Positions 17,891-21,080 of a stretch of 21,080 nucleotides of DNA are shown here, piece by piece. A program made the position numbers and the translations under genes. The stretch comes from Myxococcota bacterium. GTDB taxonomy: Bacteria > Myxococcota_A > Polyangia > Polyangiales > Sandaracinaceae. How positions within the stretch are numbered: position 1 is the first letter of the stretch; the number at the start of each line of letters is the position of its first letter. The notes below the pieces were generated by a model, which saw nothing but the letters and a program-made list of their open reading frames with translations, had not been told where the DNA came from and ran no database searches. Location: NCBI GenBank assembly GCA_036149055.1, contig JAYZQJ010000136.1, positions 1 to 21,080 of the forward strand. Direction: 5' to 3'.

Positions 17891-18423
17891 AGCGCCTCGC
17901 CCTCTCGCTCGCGATCCTGCTCTCCGGCTGCGCGGAGAACGCCATCCTCGAGCTGACCCTCGAGCTTCCGCCGGCCGCCGACGTCGGGCGCGCCGACGCG
18001 ACGCACGTGGTGGTCGACGTCGCGACCGACGGCTCGGAGGAGGTGCCGCCCGACAGCGCGTTCCCCCTCTCGGGCGCGTTCCGCGCGGCGGCCGCCGACG
18101 CGCCCAACCGGGTGCCGGTGAGCCTGGTGGCCGGAGGCGAGCGCCTCGAGGCGCCGCTCTGGGTCCGCGTGCGCTACTGCGGCGCGCCCGACTGCGCCGC
18201 CATCGGGGACGACGCCCCGCCGACCGCCTACCTGCGGATCGATCGTCCGTTCTGGCTCGGGCAGGTCTCGGAGGCGACCGCCGCCTTGCCGGCGCCCTGG
18301 GACGATCCCGAGGTCGCCCGCCTCGCGAAGTGCGACGTGCGCGCCTGCGCCGACCCGCGCTTCACCAGCGGCGAGCCGACGTGCACCGGCGACGGCCGCC
18401 ACTGGTGCGAGGGCATCCCGTGA
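17887..18423 (+). CDS. Hypothetical Cys-rich lipoprotein
   Basis: MKRLALSLAILLSGC with a clear lipobox (LSGC) and six further Cys. The ATG at 17887 overlaps the previous stop (ATGA). Confidence 0.8.
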   Translation: MKRLALSLAILLSGCAENAILELTLELPPAADVGRADATHVVVDVATDGSEEVPPDSAFPLSGAFRAAAADAPNRVPVSLVAGGERLEAPLWVRVRYCGAPDCAAIGDDAPPTAYLRIDRPFWLGQVSEATAALPAPWDDPEVARLAKCDVRACADPRFTSGEPTCTGDGRHWCEGIP

Positions 18424-18489
18424 TCCTCGAGAGGTGGCAAACGATGGCGCCGGGGCACCCCCGCCCGCTTGCACGACACTGACCCGAGA

Positions 18490-18614
18490 CGACCGCAAGC
18501 GACGAGCGCAGCGAGGTCGCCGCACGCGCCACTCGAGTCGTTCGTTCCCTCGGCAGCGGGCGCGAGCCGCAGGGCCCCCAGTGCCCCGTCGCTGGGGTCG
18601 CGGCGCGAGCGCGA
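18490..18614. repeat. Palindromic REP-like repeat modules A and B (left, partly degenerate copy)
   Basis: 18490-18562 matches 20988-21060 at 69 of 73 bp. 18560-18614 is a degenerate copy of 20829-20886 (hairpin module). Confidence 0.9.
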
Positions 18615-18658
18615 GTGACCCATCAGCGACGCCGGGATGAACGGGGCTGAGTGGGGGC
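18614..18658 (+). repeat. Left copy of 44-45 bp direct repeat (module C; putative recombination site)
   Basis: AGTGACCCATCAGCGACGCCGGGATGAAC (29 bp) is identical to 20755-20783, followed by the shared GGCTGAGTGGGGGC. Internal stem CCCATCAGC / GCTGA(G)TGGG with one bulged G. Confidence 0.92.
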
Positions 18659-18679
18659 CGTTGATGCAGCGGACGGTCG

Positions 18680-20002
18680 TCATGCATGGTCGTCATCCTT
18701 TTCGTCGGGGGCGATCGGAACATCCGCAACGAGCACGGCGGTGCCTCCGTTCGAGTTTGCGTTTACTTTGGCGAGGACACGTCCGCTGCCGTCGAACACT
18801 GCCGAGATGCCGTGGCCCGTCGCGCGAACGAGTGGCGTGTTCGCGAGCACCGCGGACCAGACTGCCGTGCGGTGGTGTAGCTCGTCGAAGACGGGCCAGT
18901 CGTTGGCAGGCGCGACGAGCAGCGCGCTCCTTCGCGCGGTCGTGATCAGGTCACCGTAGTCGAGGTCCACGCAGATCACCGCGCTAGCCCGCACTCCTTC
19001 CACGGCGAACTCGGCGGGGCCCATGCGCTGCTGCCGTGGTGCTTCGATGGGCGCCGGGTGTTGCTTCTCGTAGCTCGCGAGAAGTTCGCCGTCCGGGCCG
19101 AACACGCTGAGCTCGTTGCGCATCGTGCTGACGTCGAAGTGAGGCGCGACCAAGGTCACTCCATGGCTGCTCGCCCACCGGACGCATGCCTCGTTCCAAA
19201 GCGCGCGGGATCTGTCGTCGACTCGCACGGCGATCTCCGGGAGCACGATGAGCCGCGCTCCGTCCTTCGAGGCACGCGCGATCACGGGATCGTATCGCGG
19301 CACGACTGCGCTTGGGGCTGTGCTGGGGTGGTCGAGGTCGAAGGCGTTCACCGGACCGTCGGCCACCACGGCTGCGACCCGGAGTGTCCGGGTAGGTGCG
19401 GCTGGGCGGGCGAAGGCGTGGGTGCCGACGAAGATGAGAACGACGAGGCAGAACGTTGCGATGCCCACCACCTGCGAAGACCCGTCTCGCAAGGTCAGCA
19501 ACGCGCCGGACGTGGCTCCCATGAGCGCGAGCAGCACGAGATCCGAGCGCCCTACGCGCGCGACGCGCAGCACCGAGGGCTGCGACTCTTGGGAACGCGC
19601 GAGCAGGTTGGTCAAATAGCGAGGCGCGCCGAGCAGACGGAGCGGGAGCACGGCGAGCAGCGCAGCACACGGCACGACGATGGGCGCGAGCCAGACCGCT
19701 TCAGCCGGCCAGAGATGGCTCGCGGCGCCGAATGCGGCAGCGAAGCTGACCCCCATGACGAACATCGAGACGGGCATGAGACGACGGACCATCGGTGTGG
19801 TCTGACCGGAGATGCCGAAGGCAGCGCCTGCGATGAGGGCTGCGCATGCCGCGCTGGGAGGGTCGAGGGTGTATGCGGCATGGGCGAGAGGTGTGAGCGC
19901 GAACCACGCCAACAGCGGCACGCGGAGCGCGCCGAGGCCGAGGGCCGCGGTTGCGGCACCCAGCACCCAGGGTTCGTGCCACCCCCCCATCACGATGGCC
20001 AT
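18680..20002 (-). CDS. Membrane-bound carbon-nitrogen hydrolase (nitrilase superfamily; Lnt-like architecture)
   Basis: Several N-terminal TM helices followed by a CN-hydrolase domain with intact Glu-Lys-Cys triad (VLPE, YEKQHP, VICVD) and LVRATGHGISAVFDGSG. Start at ATG 20002 or 19990; the track start at 20140 would overlap tetR. Confidence 0.85.
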   Translation of the reverse strand: MAIVMGGWHEPWVLGAATAALGLGALRVPLLAWFALTPLAHAAYTLDPPSAACAALIAGAAFGISGQTTPMVRRLMPVSMFVMGVSFAAAFGAASHLWPAEAVWLAPIVVPCAALLAVLPLRLLGAPRYLTNLLARSQESQPSVLRVARVGRSDLVLLALMGATSGALLTLRDGSSQVVGIATFCLVVLIFVGTHAFARPAAPTRTLRVAAVVADGPVNAFDLDHPSTAPSAVVPRYDPVIARASKDGARLIVLPEIAVRVDDRSRALWNEACVRWASSHGVTLVAPHFDVSTMRNELSVFGPDGELLASYEKQHPAPIEAPRQQRMGPAEFAVEGVRASAVICVDLDYGDLITTARRSALLVAPANDWPVFDELHHRTAVWSAVLANTPLVRATGHGISAVFDGSGRVLAKVNANSNGGTAVLVADVPIAPDEKDDDHA

Positions 20003-20013
20003 CCCAGAAGTAA

Positions 20014-20048
20014 CGAAACGCTGTTTCGAAACATTGTTGCGGTATAGT
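20014..20048. promoter_or_regulatory. Tandem palindromic operators (probable TetR sites) and a -10-like hexamer in the divergent promoter region
   Basis: CGAAAC-GCT-GTTTCG at 20014-20028 (perfect arms), overlapping CGAAAC-ATT-GTTGCG at 20027-20041, and TATAGT at 20043-20048. Confidence 0.65.
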
Positions 20049-20069
20049 TGTTCCCGTGGGAATACGTCA

Positions 20070-20660
20070 ATGGGAAGACCACGGATACACGACGAGGCGG
20101 TGGCCGAGCAGCTGCTCGAAGCCGCTGGGCAGATTCTCAAGACTCACGGCCCGGCGCAGCTGACGATGCGGCGGCTCGCCGACGAGACGGGCACATCGAC
20201 GCGCGCGATCTACAGCCTTTTCGGTGACAAGGCGGGTTTGCTCTCAGCCATGTACGAGCGAATGGCGGCCGTGCTCAGCGACCGCCATGCGGCAGTGCCG
20301 GTCCGCGAAGATGATGTGGTCGGGGAGCTGGTGGAACTTGCCCTCGCTTACCGAGCCGCCGTGCGGCAGCACCCGAATCTCTACAGCTTCGTTTTCGCAT
20401 CGATGTCCGATTTCGTTCCGTCTGCGGAGCAGCTCGGACTCGCAAGAGCGGGCTATCGCCGAGTGCTCGGCGCCTTCGAGCGCGCCGTGGACCGAGGTAT
20501 CTTTGCTGCGAAGCCAGCGGAGCTGGGGCTTCAGCTCCATGCGCTGGTGCACGGGCTGGCTTCGCTCGAACTGGCGGGGGGTCTCGGCGGGACGCGCACC
20601 GCGAAGCGACGGTGGACACAGGCCGTCGAAGCGATGCTGCATGGCTTCCGCCGCACCTGA
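20070..20660 (+). CDS. TetR/AcrR family transcriptional regulator (WHG-type C-terminal domain)
   Basis: MGRPR start; HTH LLEAAGQIL..LTMRRLADETGTSTRAIYSLFGDKAGLL; C-terminal ALVHGLASLEL; divergent from the hydrolase gene. Confidence 0.93.
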   Translation: MGRPRIHDEAVAEQLLEAAGQILKTHGPAQLTMRRLADETGTSTRAIYSLFGDKAGLLSAMYERMAAVLSDRHAAVPVREDDVVGELVELALAYRAAVRQHPNLYSFVFASMSDFVPSAEQLGLARAGYRRVLGAFERAVDRGIFAAKPAELGLQLHALVHGLASLELAGGLGGTRTAKRRWTQAVEAMLHGFRRT

Positions 20661-20754
20661 GATCGCACGTCCGTGGCGCCAGCTCTCCTTTCGGGATCAC
20701 GTGCGCCTCCAGAAATAGGTGGCACGAAGCGGATGGTCACTGTTCGCGTGCATC

Positions 20755-20798
20755 AGTGACCCATCAGCGACGCCGGGATGAACAGGCTGAGTGGGGGC
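20755..20798 (+). repeat. Right copy of 44-45 bp direct repeat (module C)
   Basis: Matches 18614-18658 except GG versus A just after the 29-bp identical block. Confidence 0.92.
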
Positions 20799-20809
20799 GC
20801 AGGCACCAT

Positions 20810-21080
20810 CAGGTCGCGCGCAGCGCGAGCGCGAGCCGCAAGGCCCCCAGCGCCCCGTGGCTGGGGGCCTTGCGGCGCGAGCGCGAAGCGCTCGGCGCCG
20901 ACGGAGTCGGGAGGGGGGCCCCACTGGCGCTTGCCCAATGGGAGGAGGGTTTGCACCAAACCCTCCAGCGAGAAGCAGCGCGAGCCGCGACGGCAGGCGA
21001 CGAGCGCAGCGAGGTCGCCGCACGCGCCACTCGAGTCGTTCGATCCCGCGGCAGCGGGCGGCCAGCTCGCGCGCAGCGCG
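20810..21080. repeat. Modular palindromic REP/BIME-like array, unit about 253 bp, continuing past the window end
   Basis: Perfect 17-bp stem 20835-20851/20860-20876; 5-bp stem 20898-20910; perfect 10-bp stem 20944-20953/20957-20966; module A at 20988-21060; 20810-20827 recurs at 21063-21080 (17 of 18 bp). Confidence 0.88.

Larger units (their letters stand above)
18614..20798. mobile_element. Putative integrated two-gene cassette bounded by direct repeats and inner imperfect inverted repeats
   Basis: Direct repeats at both ends; inner inverted repeats at 18662-18677 and 20739-20755; cargo is visibly more A/T-rich than the flanks; no transposase or integrase inside. Confidence 0.65.

Noticed and set aside
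18228..18959. Small ORFs over the left repeat region, and the similar ones at 20697-21030 sharing PFIPASLMGH/LFIPASLMGH
   Set aside because: The shared peptide simply reflects the DNA repeat; there is no evidence of coding bias or a ribosome-binding site.
691..20660. Apparent N-terminal extensions or fusions in the ORF track (691-2286, 4604-6205, 12208-12867, 13346-14767, 17131-18423, 18680-20140, 19812-20660)
   Set aside because: The extensions are off-frame read-through of neighbouring genes; internal starts with stop/start overlaps or domain boundaries explain the real genes.
18614..20798. Canonical integron cassette or composite transposon
   Set aside because: No RYYYAAC/GTTRRRY pair, no intI and no flanking IS transposases. 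Kept only as an analogy.
21038..21047. tRNA T-loop-like GTTCGATCCC (possible tRNA or att remnant)
   Set aside because: The flanks do not form a T-stem or cloverleaf, and the left copy reads GTTCGTTCCC.
18490..21080. CRISPR array
   Set aside because: The repeats are not regularly spaced by 30-40 bp unique spacers, only two copies of each module are visible, and no cas genes are present.

Overview
High-GC window whose gene content (Tgl-like pilotin, Ser/Thr kinase-TPR/PEGA module, HEAT-containing che cluster) suggests a myxobacterium (inference). From left to right: (1) the 3' end of a probable Y1/RAYT-like transposase with small terminal motifs; (2) a ~15 kb minus-strand run that reads, in transcription order, crp/fnr, tgl/pilF-like, rodZ-like HTH, recO, DUF971, then cheY-cheA-cheW-cheW-HEAT-cheR-cheB-coiled-coil/GAF-cheY (no chemoreceptor gene), then trpF-trpB-trpA; (3) a plus-strand Ser/Thr kinase, TPR/PEGA protein and lipoprotein; (4) a ~2.1 kb lower-GC cassette carrying a membrane nitrilase/Lnt-like gene and a divergent TetR gene. 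The cassette is the most unusual element. It is bounded by 44-45 bp direct repeats and sits inside a modular palindromic repeat array with a period of about 253 bp. Joined into a circle, its two ends would form one ~80-nt imperfect hairpin with G.T wobbles and bulged bases, reminiscent of (but not matching) an integron attC site. This could be an undescribed hairpin-based cassette capture system. No recombinase lies next to it, so mobility is inferred, not shown.
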